Assembly: GCA_024679065.1 (NCBI GenBank)
Contig: JAGIQG010000003.1
Location: 48,360,001 to 48,424,000 of the forward strand
Direction of reading: 5' to 3'
Length of the DNA: 64,000 nucleotides
Source: Sphyrna mokarran
Taxonomy: Eukaryota
In this document: positions 22,602 through 33,773 of the stretch, in pieces
Numbering within the stretch: position 1 is the first letter of the stretch
Layout: each line of letters begins with the position of its first letter
Made by a program: the position numbers and the translations under genes
Notes under the pieces: generated by a model
The model's input: only the letters and a program-made list of their open reading frames with translations
Database searches by the model: none
Told to the model about the DNA's origin: nothing

Positions 22602-24591
22602 ATGGCACTGCAGGAACTTGCATGTATCTGCGCCAATCAATCCTCAGCAATGCCAGGGCTCTGAACATAGTCTGGACACACACTCCTATGTTCAGGAGAT
22701 CTCTGCTGGTGTATTAGCAGGAGACTGGATAGCTAGAAAACATTTCTGAAGGTATGACATTGCAATGATCTTGCCAGAGCGAATATTAAACCTTTTCCAG
22801 TATGGAACCAGTTCTTGTTCATCACACTTGATCTACTGAAGGTCTCAGCAATTTCAGTCCAGCCTGCCTTGGTTCGGATGATCTTTTCCTGCCACTCTCT
22901 AGATAAAGGACCTCTCTCATGTCCCTCACTGTCCCAAGGAGGGCCTTCAAGTCTGTGTGAAGTGAGGAGCAGTCTTTCCCTGTGTTCCAGTCTTCTGCCT
23001 TTCCAGTTAAATGACTGCTGCTCAATTCAAGAAGAGAAAAGGCAGCCACAATAATGGATTCTATGGTCATGTGTTTAAATCAGGCCAGCACTCGCTCAGT
23101 TCAGCCTCCATTCCCATTGCCATGGTCACTAATTGGTCAGTCAATGTGCCATCCATCCAATTAAAGGTGGGCCCTGAAACTCAGTGACTGGGACTGCTTC
23201 ACTTTGCCAGGTTGGGATGGGTCGAGACCCACAAACTTCCCATCATGTGTTCCCAACCCCAGGAGATAAATCAGGGCACACCTCAGAAGCAGGAGCTAGC
23301 GTGCTTTACTTAGAATGTCACATCATAGAAGGAGGCCTTTCTGCCCTTTCTGCCTGTACCAGGCACTTGTTTTACTTGTATTTGAGTTCCAGGCAGTTTC
23401 AGGTTCTGAACTCCCAATACCAAAAAATGTCAGTTCAAATCCACTTCCAATACACTTTCAGCAAGGTGATTGAAATCGGCAGAGGTTGAGCAGGAAATCA
23501 GATATTTGAAGATAGCAAGATGGCAAAGAATAGGAACAAGCTGGGAGAGAGTGGGGGCTCTGCTTAGACAGCATGGTCGGAGAATACAAGGAGACCAGGA
23601 GACAGCAAGCAAGGAACATTCCTGGGACTGAGAGGTAAAAAGACAGAGGTCAGGGTAGTGAGTGAGTAAGAATGCCTGGATCTATACCCGGGGCTACAGA
23701 AAAGCAGGAGGCAAGGAAAGGAAGTTAGCAGCAAAGTCAAGGCCTGCCTGAGGTCAGGAAATAGTACAGTCATACAGTGTTCCATCTACCCCCAATATGA
23801 ATATAGAGTGAATGTCCCAATACTAGTATTATCACAAAAATTGCAGCAGCAATACTTTTTTTTAATATTGTCACTGCCTTCAGGCCACAACACATGATAT
23901 AAAGTAAATTTTATTGAAGAAAAGTATTACTGCTGTAATTTTTGTGATGATTCCCAATTGCTTTTCGCTCTCACTAGAGACGTGTCTAGTCTCCATTTGC
24001 TTTCTTATCCTGATAGCATAACTAAGAAACTCAATAAGTTCATAATCACAAATGTGAATCTGCAACTTATTTAACAGTGCACAATCAAGAATTATATAGT
24101 CAGCGAGAGTAAAATCTTGCTGAGATTTCTATAACAATGGATTCAGCATATCAGGAATTAACTACTGTCTGACGATTTGGTGAGGCAATGAAAATTCATA
24201 GTGTTGTGGTAAACAATTCAATCTGAATTTGCTGCATTTTCAACCTTGATATTCTCACGGCACAGTCCTGCTTCTCCAACTACAGACAACGTCCAAAGCA
24301 ACTTCTACTATCAACTAGAGGGATTCTGATCTTGAGACTATTATTTCAAAAAAAAACAATTTGAAGGCTCAGCTTTTCAATCCCTTTTTGGGGCTCTGCA
24401 AACACAACCTTTAAAAGTAGCTGCTCAAATGATGAATTTCCAGTATGGGGTAGAGGGTTGGTGGTAGCGGGGATGTAGTGGTGGTAGGGATAGAGGAGTA
24501 AAAGGTCACAGCAGGTGACCTGGGAAGAATGGAGGAGGATGCAAGCTTTGGAGGCCAGAAGTTAAAAATAAAGATTACAACACGAAACATC

Positions 24592-24950
24592 CATAGAACC
24601 ATAATTTTACAGTGCAAAAGGTACATTTTCCTCACGCTAGCCCATCAGGTCGGCATTGACTCTCCAAAAGGACATACCACCAAGGTCTTCCTCTCTGCCT
24701 TATCCCTGTAACCCCACATATTTATTATGGCTAATCCGACAAACTGACACACCTTTGGCACCAAGGGACAATTTAGCATGGTCAATCCACTTCACCTGTG
24801 CATCTTTGCACTGTGAGAGGAAAATGGAGCACCTGACGAAATCCACATAGAAACGGGCAAAAGGTGCAAATTGCTCACAATCATCCAAGGCCAGAATCAA
24901 ACTTGGATTCCTGGCAGTGCAAAGCAGCCGTGCTAACCACTTTGCCGCCA
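24592..24950 (-). mobile_element. HE1 V-SINE with HER1/CR1-type tail
   Basis: CATAGAACCATA...TACAGTGCA tail, AATTTAGCATGGTCAATCCAC, V-domain and tRNA head (GTGCTAACCACTTTGCCGCC). Confidence 0.85.
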
Positions 24951-24954
24951 AGTT

Positions 24955-26320
24955 GCACTCCCTCTAATCCTCACCTTTTTCGTGCCAATCCATGTCAATC
25001 CATTCCGCATCATTCCCTCCATTTATTCCCACAACCCCACATTCCTTCTGTGCCTACCTCTGCTCCCATCTTCCCCCATAACCCATCATACCTTCATTCC
25101 AACTCATGTCCTCCATCAACCCCCATAACTGACCATTTCCTCTATGCCAATCTATGCCCAAACACAACTCCATAATCTCTCACACTCTCCAAGTCAATCT
25201 ATGCCTCCATCACACCCAATGGTCCATTATAGCCCCAATTCCAATCTGCTGCCAAATAATGCAACAACAGACATCATCATTTGCCCTTACACCAATCAAA
25301 CCAATTTACCCAGTGTCCATCATGGACAAGCCTCAGGACCCATATAGAGATGAGGTAAAATAAGATTCTAGAAATAAAGTTATTTGTGTTGAATGTAGAT
25401 TTGACTATGTTGAACAAAACTTTCATTCATAAAAACCCACTTACTACATTTATATTCCTTCAACTAAATAAAGTTTTATAACACCTTTCATCTGTAAAAT
25501 CTTTTATAACAACAAATATTAGATTTCAAAATCCCAGATCAAGCAGTCTATAATCATTTGTAGCTGTCAATCATATTATGAAAAGTCAGGTACCTTACTG
25601 TGACAATGGATGGTTATGACATCAGTCATGCAGCATTAATCCAGTAATATAAGTGCTGAGACATATGTGAACAGCCAGAGCCAAACACATTCCAGATATT
25701 TTCTTTTAAAGAGATAAAGGACAGGACTTCTAAATGTTTGACAGTTTGCTTTGACCATTCTCCTTGACAGGTGCTTCTTAAAGTTTGATTAGTTCCTTTG
25801 ACAAGTGATTTTTGACTGTCTTAACTGTTGATTTTTACAAGACTGTTGACAGTTTCAATGCGTTTGACAATAATGAGTACAGGTGCACCTTAAACACACA
25901 TTTATGGCTACTTTTAACATTTCCAAAGGGCACTTGACCCACCACAAAGGGTACCTGATTTCCACCAAAGGATGCCTTATTTCATCTAAATGTGTCTTGG
26001 GACCTGATCCAAAGAGTTACCTTGTCTCCCTGAAGGCAAAACCAAGCTGTCCAAACAAACCTGCAAAGTTCATATGCTCTTAACCCGGTCTAATCTGCAT
26101 ACTTCAGGTTTCACACTCCTGGCCTACTAAAATACCAGTTTAATGGCGGCAAATGATACAAATGACTTCCATTTAAAACACACGCAAAATACACTTCACC
26201 ACCCTCCCCATTACTGACCCAGTCAAAATGGAAAGTGCCATGTTCAGGGTGGGACTTAAAGCTTCGGCCATTTCACCACGATGGAGAGGTTGTCTGTCAT
26301 GACGAAAATCTGGGTCTAAA
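24955..26320. mobile_element. Probable old non-autonomous DNA transposon with low-complexity internal repeats
   Basis: C-rich degenerate repeats (TATGCCAATCTATGCC) at 24955-25330, TTGAC cluster at 25738-25868, terminus-like GAAAATCTGGGTC near 26305-26317; family not established. Confidence 0.35.
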
Positions 26321-26387
26321 TTAGAATGTCCATGTGCAGATAAATGGGGCACAATTTTCCATTTGACCATATTATATTTTTTAAAAC

Positions 26388-26554
26388 TTTTTTTATGCAA
26401 TCTGGGTATCACTGTTAAGGTCAGTATATATTGGCTATCTCTAATGTCCCCTGTGAAGTACCTCAGTATTACCTTCTGAAGGGCAACTAGAGTGGGCAAT
26501 AAATATTGGTCTTGCCAGCAATGCTCACACCCCTTGGGCAAGTGAAAAAAAAAA
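26388..26554. mobile_element. Two LINE-B/SINE-B 3' tails in inverted orientation
   Basis: Right arm CTTCTGAAGGGCAACTAGAGTGGGCAATAAATATTGGTCTTGCCAGC...(A)n; left arm is a more diverged reverse complement starting with (T)n. Confidence 0.7.
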
Positions 26555-28778
26555 TCTCTTGTGGTCTGAAGAGTAGAGAATTGATGGTTCAACTGTTCTC
26601 TAAGAGTGAAAGAATGAAATTTCACATCACTACACAATAGGTTAATCAAGACTCAGGTATTTTTCATTATAAATATGACAGCTAATTTAATTAAAAGTGG
26701 GATGTGAACAGGAACAGTGGTACTAAAGCACTCTCAGCATGCTTTTGTTAAGCTCCTAAATGTAACATTATTATGAAGATCTTTGTATAATTTTCCACTG
26801 CGAACAAAATGAGCAATATGTTGATTATATAGATTTCTATAACCCTTCTCACTCCTTAAGCATTTCAATTAACTGACATTTTATATTTTGGGCATGTCAA
26901 GACTACAGATAATGGAAATACATTTTCATGGTTAACTCAAGACTGAGATTCAATAATCTGTTAATCTAGGCATCAATACTTCAAATCTAGAGAGATCATC
27001 TACCAAAGCCCTTTCCATCACAATGCAAAATTCAATTTAAATATTAGTGAAGGATTGTATTAACGTTTCCAGTAATTCAAATTTTAACGATTAAGTAGCA
27101 ACATGCAAGTTAATCTTTTTGAGTATTGTCAGAACACTTATTCACTGAAATTAAAATCATGTCAAGATTTATTTAAAGTACTATAATTGAAGATATAATC
27201 TGTAGTAATGAAGATTGCTCACAATCAACATTATAACATTTTGAAAAATCGGATATTGGCAGCCTGACGTGATGTCAGACAGTTTGCCAGTCTTAGATGA
27301 AATACTTGGGAGAACTATAAAAGGAAGCTCATGGTATGAGTAGATGTTTTGGAGGAGAATGAAAGGAGATGCTAAACTTGTTCCAACTGATCACACAGCA
27401 GAAATCGGATGAACTCATTTCATACCCAAAACATTGCATGTCCCTTTGTAGTGCAGAAGGGGTAATGAATGTTGGATGGAATTGGCTAGGTCAAGGTCAA
27501 AAACCTGCCCAGATAAAGTAGATTGCACTAGAAAAGTAACCTTCCACTTTTCTACCATGCTGTATTTGGATTTAAAATGAATAAACTTCACTGTGATTAC
27601 CCTTTAATTTCAGTAAACAGGGTGACAGCATGATTTGATTGCTGACAATTTCAACAAACACTGTACATTTATGGTTAAGAAAATATATGTGCTCTGAAGT
27701 TTGTTTCATTGTGAATGAAACAGTTAAAAAAAATCTCCAAGTGACAAGATATTGCAGAGTACTAAATGAACTCCATCCAAGGTTCCTACCTAAGGTTTTA
27801 CCAGGAGGCAGGTATGCATAGAATAGAAAGACTCATCAGTCAGTGACAATTTCCAAACTTTCTTTCACTATATTAAAGATCTTCGTAGTCCACTGATGTA
27901 TCACAAGTCCTCTATAAATGTGAAGGAATTGTCATAACTCTTCATTACTGGTAAGGTTCCTTCCCTGGCACTGCATTTTAAAACATATTAGGCTTTTATG
28001 AAGGTCAGAACTTACATCATTTAGAATGAATGGCTGTTTCATTTTTTAATTGCTATCCATTTAGCACTCAAGTACAGTGTATGAGGTCACACTTTTCAGT
28101 AATAAGTATGGAAAATGAAGCATTAAACATTGTTTGCAATAAAACGAAAGGACAGATTGAATTAAGTGTATAAAGAACATGTGACATAAACCTCAGGTCT
28201 TTGATGGAACCATGGATAAATGTACCATCTTGAATGCTAACAGTCTGTGTTCAATTAACTATTCCCAACTGTGATATTATTAAGAGCACTGGAAAAGCCT
28301 CACTGTCCCCAGGATGGGGAGGTGAAAATTTAGTCAACATTCCTCTTCCTAATTGCAATGAAGCAATAATTAATAGAGCATGTATGCATGCAATTGTGAG
28401 AAAGAATAGAATCCATCTCAATTGTTATGATTAAATGCCACCTTGTTGATAGTTTCTGGCAAACAAAAAAATTAAAATTTAAGCAAGGTGTCAAGCCAAG
28501 TGTACTTTGCTTAAATTGCCACTTAGGACCACAGATCTGCATACTAACTTCCTAAATATCCGTTGTGAATCAAAATTAACTCAGTCAATTATTGAAGTTT
28601 TATCTCAGTTAACAAAATGGTTACTATGAATGTCCTCAAACAGCATCTAATCCAAGGGTGTTATTCAAACAATATTAACTTAATGATAGTCCAAAATCCC
28701 TTTGCATGCCAGAAATACTCAATTTGAGAACAAAAGAAACATTTTTTGACTTTGAAATCATTAGGAGACAAACCTTTT

Positions 28779-28900
28779 GGCCAGAATTTTACCATCCCGC
28801 CCGTCATGAGAATGAAGTGGGCAAGAGATAAGTCATGGAAAGGTCTGTTGACCTCAGGTGAGATTTTCTGGTTTTGGTGCAAGGCCAGACAATCCTGCCC
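28779..28900. mobile_element. Small Harbinger-type MITE
   Basis: Ends GGCCAGAATTTT / CAATCCTGCCC; internal GTTGACCTCAGG homologous to the MITE at 7186. Confidence 0.65.
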
Positions 28901-29261
28901 TTTATTTCTTGAATTAAAGCTGAGGCAAACTGAGTAAAAGATTTCTGAACAAGACTGTTAAAGCAATCACTGAGACTGTTGACTTATAATCAAAATCAAA
29001 TCACATGCAATTTTCCTTCATCCACTGTTTCATACTCATGAATACAGAGAAAAAAAGAACATCGCTTTCCATGTCATTACCATTCTTCCTAAAAGTTAAT
29101 GTGCTGTAGAGTCCATCATTGATGCTTAATATCAGTTACAAGCCACATGACCATTCAATAATTTATATGAAATGCTGTTTGCTGATTTAAGAAACCATCG
29201 GTTAGGTTTTTCATCTGTTGGTATCTGAAAACGACTGCACAAAATTTAACTTACTGAACCA

Positions 29262-29674
29262 TTTTTTATTTTTTCCATGAGTTGTGGGTGCCACTGGCAA
29301 GGCCAACATTTCATGCACATCCCCAAGTTCCCTTGAACTTAGTTTGCCAGACTATGTCAGAAAACATGTAACAAAATCAACCACAGTGCTGTGGGCTTGG
29401 AGTCACATGTAGACCAGACCTGGAAAAGATGGTTGATCTACCTCCCTTAGGGACATTAGGGAGCCAAATGGCTTTTAATGACAATTGATAACAGTTTCAT
29501 GCTTAGCGTTACTAAAGCTAGCTTTTTGATTCCAGATTTCTTATTAATTGAATTTATTAAATATAAATTCCATTAGTTGTCGTGATGGGATTTAAACATA
29601 GATCTCCAAAACATTCTGTTTGGGCTTTGGCTTAACTAGTTCAGTGACATTACCACAACGCAACCATCTTCCCC
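29262..29674 (-). mobile_element. SINE-B (tRNA head + LINE-B tail)
   Basis: Body TCAACCACAGTGCTGTGGGCTTGGAGTCACATGTAGACCAGACC...CCCTTAGGGACATTAG and both ends homologous to 21949-22307. Confidence 0.82.
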
Positions 29675-30574
29675 ATCTGTTTATTGCAAAAAGGTTAGTT
29701 CTCTAAACAAAAATACTCTCTATTCTTGAGGGACTTAAAGTCGGTACAAATTTTCATATTTCAATTCAGAAGTCAAATGGATATGCAAGTTTTTATTTAT
29801 CTGCTTGCAAAAGTATTCAGGGACAAAAATCTAACTGATGGTTTCTTAAATCAGCAGACAGCACCTCAAAGAAATTATTCCCAGCAAAAAAAATTTACTG
29901 AATAGTCACATGGCTGGAAAGTGATATTAAGCATCAGTGACTGATTCCATAGCATATTAACTTTCAATAAGGGTAGCAATGGCATGGAGACTTTGAAAAC
30001 TGATGTTCCTTCTTCCTCTGTGTTCATTAGCACTTTATTGCTTCTCTCCAGCTCCTGCCATATCGGTAATTTAAATGCATTATATTTCTATAAGAGCATG
30101 TTTAAAGTGTTTTGCTAGTATGAAGTCTACCTTCAATTTGCCAGTCTTTAACCCTGGAATTTATCAGTGTTCTGCTTGCTATTCCACCCCTTAATTACAA
30201 GGTTAAGTGGCATTTAATCATTTTGCCTGCCAGAATTAACACTAGTCATTGTTGCCAACTAAGAACTTCACACTGCCAGAAATTATATCATGGACATAGG
30301 ACACTTGGAAGTCTAGGAACAACAAGTAGGCTATTTAGCGTCCTGTGCCTATTCTGCCAGTCACTGATTCACAGCTGATTCTTTCCATTAACTCCATCGA
30401 CCCATCTTTGGCACTTATCTCTTAAGATCTTTGGTCAATAAACATTTATCAATCACAGGTTTAAGATTCATCCAGCATTAATTGCCTTTTCCTGAAGAGA
30501 GTTCCAGTTATCTACCATCCATTGTGTTAAGGTGTTTCCTTAATTTCACACATGAAAGATCTGGTGGGGTGGCG

Positions 30575-31844
30575 GGGGGCAATTCTCCCAGAAAAATCCT
30601 AAGGCAGGAATTTTATTCATATCCATCCCAATTCTGGAGATGGGCAAGGCTCGAGAACGGCATTCTCTATTCATCTTGTGTGGGATCATACAAACTCGGG
30701 AGCACATGCTTTAATACATAGTAAAATTCTGCCCTAAGTGTCAAATTCACTTAAAAACTAAAGTAAATCTTGCTGGGTTTTTTTCAGCGGGAATTTCAAA
30801 ATGAACCTCTCACACTCTGTGCACTGCAGAGTGCACTAATGAGATTCATGCAAAAATCAGTGGATGGGCCTATTCCTGGTGGAGAGGCTAGCAGCATAGT
30901 GCTAAGTGGGCCATTGTGCGTGCACTAATCTGACAGGGCTGAGATCAGTGCATACTAAATGGCCCACACTGCCGGCCTCCCAATCATTGCAGCCCGGTGC
31001 CCGCACGTCACAGCCTCACTGATTCCACACCCTTCCCTGCCCAAGGCCTGATCGCTGACCGCCCAGACCGACCTCAACCTCCACCCCCCACAACTGGCAG
31101 TCCCAGTCTTCTCCTGCCCCCACGGGTAATCCCAATCTCCCCTCACCACCCATAGACAAAAATCCTCACCCTCCTGCAGCTCAACTGCCCTGGCAGGCAA
31201 ACACCTCTCCCTCCACCCCAATGGCCAGTCCTGATTGCTGGCCTCCCACCATTTCACCAAGCCCAAGTGCAGACTGTCTGTGGGACCACCCCCACCCCCA
31301 TCAATCATCTCCTGAGGCCCCTATCCCATTAGGACCCGTCCCCCATTAAGCCCAACCTGCTTGGGACTCCTCGATGCCCAGGGGGCAGTTGCAAGATGAC
31401 CCTGGGCATTGCCACTTTGCCCTGGGCAGTGCCCGGGAGCCAGGCTCACACTGCCAAGCTGGCATTGCCCAGGGGCACACACCTTACCCTAACCTCCTGG
31501 GGGAGTTTCAATTTCCCCCTTCATTCCAGCAGTGTCCAGCCACCAGTTCCCTGCATGAGGGAGTAAATCCTGCTGGGGTGGAACACTCCTGGCAGTGGGG
31601 AGGGCCCAGGACTGAAATCTCTGGGCCCACTAACAACATTCAAATTGCACTGAAATGTGTATTTAGATAGTTTATGGAGCTCCACGCCAATTTCTGGGAC
31701 AGAGCTAATGGCACCAGAAATCCAGCTGCCAGAGACTCGCAGAGGTTGTAGCATCCAGCAAGAAGCCTGCGAAATGGTCTCCGCTTGAGTCTCATGGCTC
31801 ACTGCACTGCAAAAGCAGTACAGCAAACTGGGAGAATCACCGCC
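30575..31844. mobile_element. ~1.3-kb non-autonomous Harbinger-type element
   Basis: Terminal IR ATTCTCCCA (30582-30590) / TGGGAGAAT (31829-31837) with G-rich/C-rich outer ends; GC-rich interior without a credible ORF. Confidence 0.75.
30603..30734. mobile_element. Harbinger/PIF MITE nested in the larger element
   Basis: Ends GGCAGGAATTTTA / TAAAATTCTGCCC with TAA on both sides (30600-30602, 30735-30737), the canonical PIF/Harbinger TSD. Confidence 0.85.
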
Positions 31845-31982
31845 ACCACCACCCACCACCTCCCCCCACCCCCCCTCCCGACTTAAGTTTTCAAACTTTT
31901 CCTCCATTTGAGTCCGGAACCAGCAGAAAGAGTCTCTTCCAATTTGTCATCTTAGTAATTTGAAAATTTCTATCAACTCTAT

Positions 31983-32978
31983 TGGTGCTGGGGCCTCAAC
32001 TGTTTACCATTTACATAGACGATCTGCAGGAAGGGACTGAGTGTAGGGTAACGAAATTTGCTGATGACAGAAAGATGAGTGGAAAAGCAAATTGCGTGGA
32101 AAGTGCGGAAAGTCTGCAGAGAGATCTGAATAGGCTGAATGAGTGGGCGAGGACCTGGCAGATGGAGTATAACGTTAGCAAATGTGAGGTTATCCACTTT
32201 GGAAGAAATAATAGTAGGAAGGATTATTATTTAAAAGGCAAAAAGCTGCAGCATGCTACGGTGCAGAGGAACCTGTGCACAAATCGCAAAAACCCAGTCT
32301 GCAGGTGCAGCAGGTGATCAAGAAGGTAAATGCAATGTTGGCCTTTATAGCTAAGGGGATAGAATACAAAAGTAGGGAGGACTTGCTGCAACTGTACAGA
32401 GTATTGGTAAAGCCGCAATTGGAGTACTGTGTGCAGTTTTGGTCGCCGCATTTGCGGAAGGATATATTGGTCTTGGAGGGATTGCAGAGAAGGTTCACTG
32501 GGCTGATGACAGAGATGAGGGGGTTAGCCGATGAGGAGAGATTGAATAGACTGAGTCTGTACTCGTTAGAGTTTGGAAGGCTGAGGGGGATCTTATAGAG
32601 ACATATAAGATAATGAAGGGAATAGATAGGGTAGAGGTAGAGAGATTCTTCATGCTTAGAAAGGATAGCAGAACTAGAGGGCACAGCCTCAAAGCAAGGG
32701 AGGGACAATTTAGATTGGAATTGAGGAGGAACTTCTTCACTTAAAGGGTGGTGAGTCTCTGGAATTCTCTGCCCATTGAAGCAGTGGAGGCTACCTCACC
32801 GAACATATTTAAGTTACGGGTAGATAGATTTCTGATAGACAAGGGAATTAAGAATAATGGGGAGAAAGTGGGAAAGTGGAACTGATCCACTTCAGATCAG
32901 CCATGATCTTGTTGAATGGTGGGGCAGGCTCAAAGGACCAGATGGCCTATTCCTGCTCCTATTTCTTATATTCTTATA
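31983..32978 (+). mobile_element. 5'-truncated CR1 (HER1-like) LINE: RT C-terminus and 3' UTR
   Basis: VLGPQLFTIYIDDL..KFADD..WQMEYNVSKCEVIHFG and LYRVLVKPQLEYCVQFWSP; frameshifts; tail CCTGCTCCTATTTCTTATATTCTTA. Confidence 0.95.
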
Positions 32979-33469
32979 ACTCATCCCATAATCTTCTAAA
33001 TCCCTTAGTAAATCTCTCCTGGTGAGTTAACCCTTAAGAGTTCAGGTATTTTGCTGGTAAATCCACTTCAAATTCCATCCAAAACCAATATATCCTTCCT
33101 GATGTCCAGAACTTTTTCTAATGCAAATACAAACATTTATTGTGCTGATTTAGAAATCCCAAATTTCTTTTTATTCTATCTTTCTGTCGCTGTTACTGTT
33201 TTATTCCCCTTTGTGTTCTTTGTGTCTCTTCCATTTCCTAGATCTTTTTACATCTACTGTTTACATCTTTGTACACTTCTTTGTCTAATTTATTATCATC
33301 TCTGACCTCTTTCGTTGTCCATGGCTGTTCACATTTTTGGCAAATGGAGTTCCTGTCCCTTACGGATACAAACCATTTCTATAATCACGAGGTGTCCTAT
33401 AGCCAACTTCCACTTAAATTATTCCCTATTCCTTAAATCCACCCATGAAAATAATTCAAAGACGTACTT

Positions 33470-33773
33470 AGTGGTGCACTAAGGCACTTTTATCTGATTC
33501 TATAATTACTAATTCCTTGAATGGGTCACTAGTCTGTAGTCAGAGACTTATAACTTGAGAGATGCCATTCACATCAAGTGTGTCTGACCAAGAGTATTTC
33601 CCACTCTTATTGTCAGCTATTGGCATATTCGAAAGATTTGCAAGTTGACACACTCAACCTGCTTGACTGACTTACGACGTACCTTCCTTGGCCATCAAAT
33701 CCTGGGGTGAGATCCGAACCCAAAGCTTCTGCCTCAGAGACAGGGATGTTACTCATTGCATCACAAAACCACC
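33470..33773 (-). mobile_element. tRNA-derived SINE, unnamed family (copy 3)
   Basis: AGTGGTGCACTAAGGCACTTT...GAAAGATTTGCAAGTTGACACACTCAACC, collinear with 5546-5846. Confidence 0.78.

Larger units (their letters stand above)
19960..23277 (-). mobile_element. Decayed Harbinger element (Myb/SANT gene) interrupted by LINE-B and SINEs
   Basis: 22770-22985(-) gives, with frameshifts, TDLKALLGTVRDMREVLYLESGRKRS..TKAGWTEIAETFSRSS..KRFN, a Harbinger Myb/SANT domain; GC-rich continuation at ~19960-20340; terminus-like AAATCAGGGC ending 23277; left boundary uncertain. Confidence 0.7.
30292..33110 (-). mobile_element. Old CR1 LINE (pieces ~30292-30565, ~31910-31980, ~32980-33110) hosting a MITE and a younger CR1
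   Basis: Reverse-complement CR1 tail CATAGG...AGTAGGCTATTTAGC, GAGAGTTCCA, and CAAAACCAATATATCCTTCCT (RKDILVL-coding) pieces in collinear order. Confidence 0.6.
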
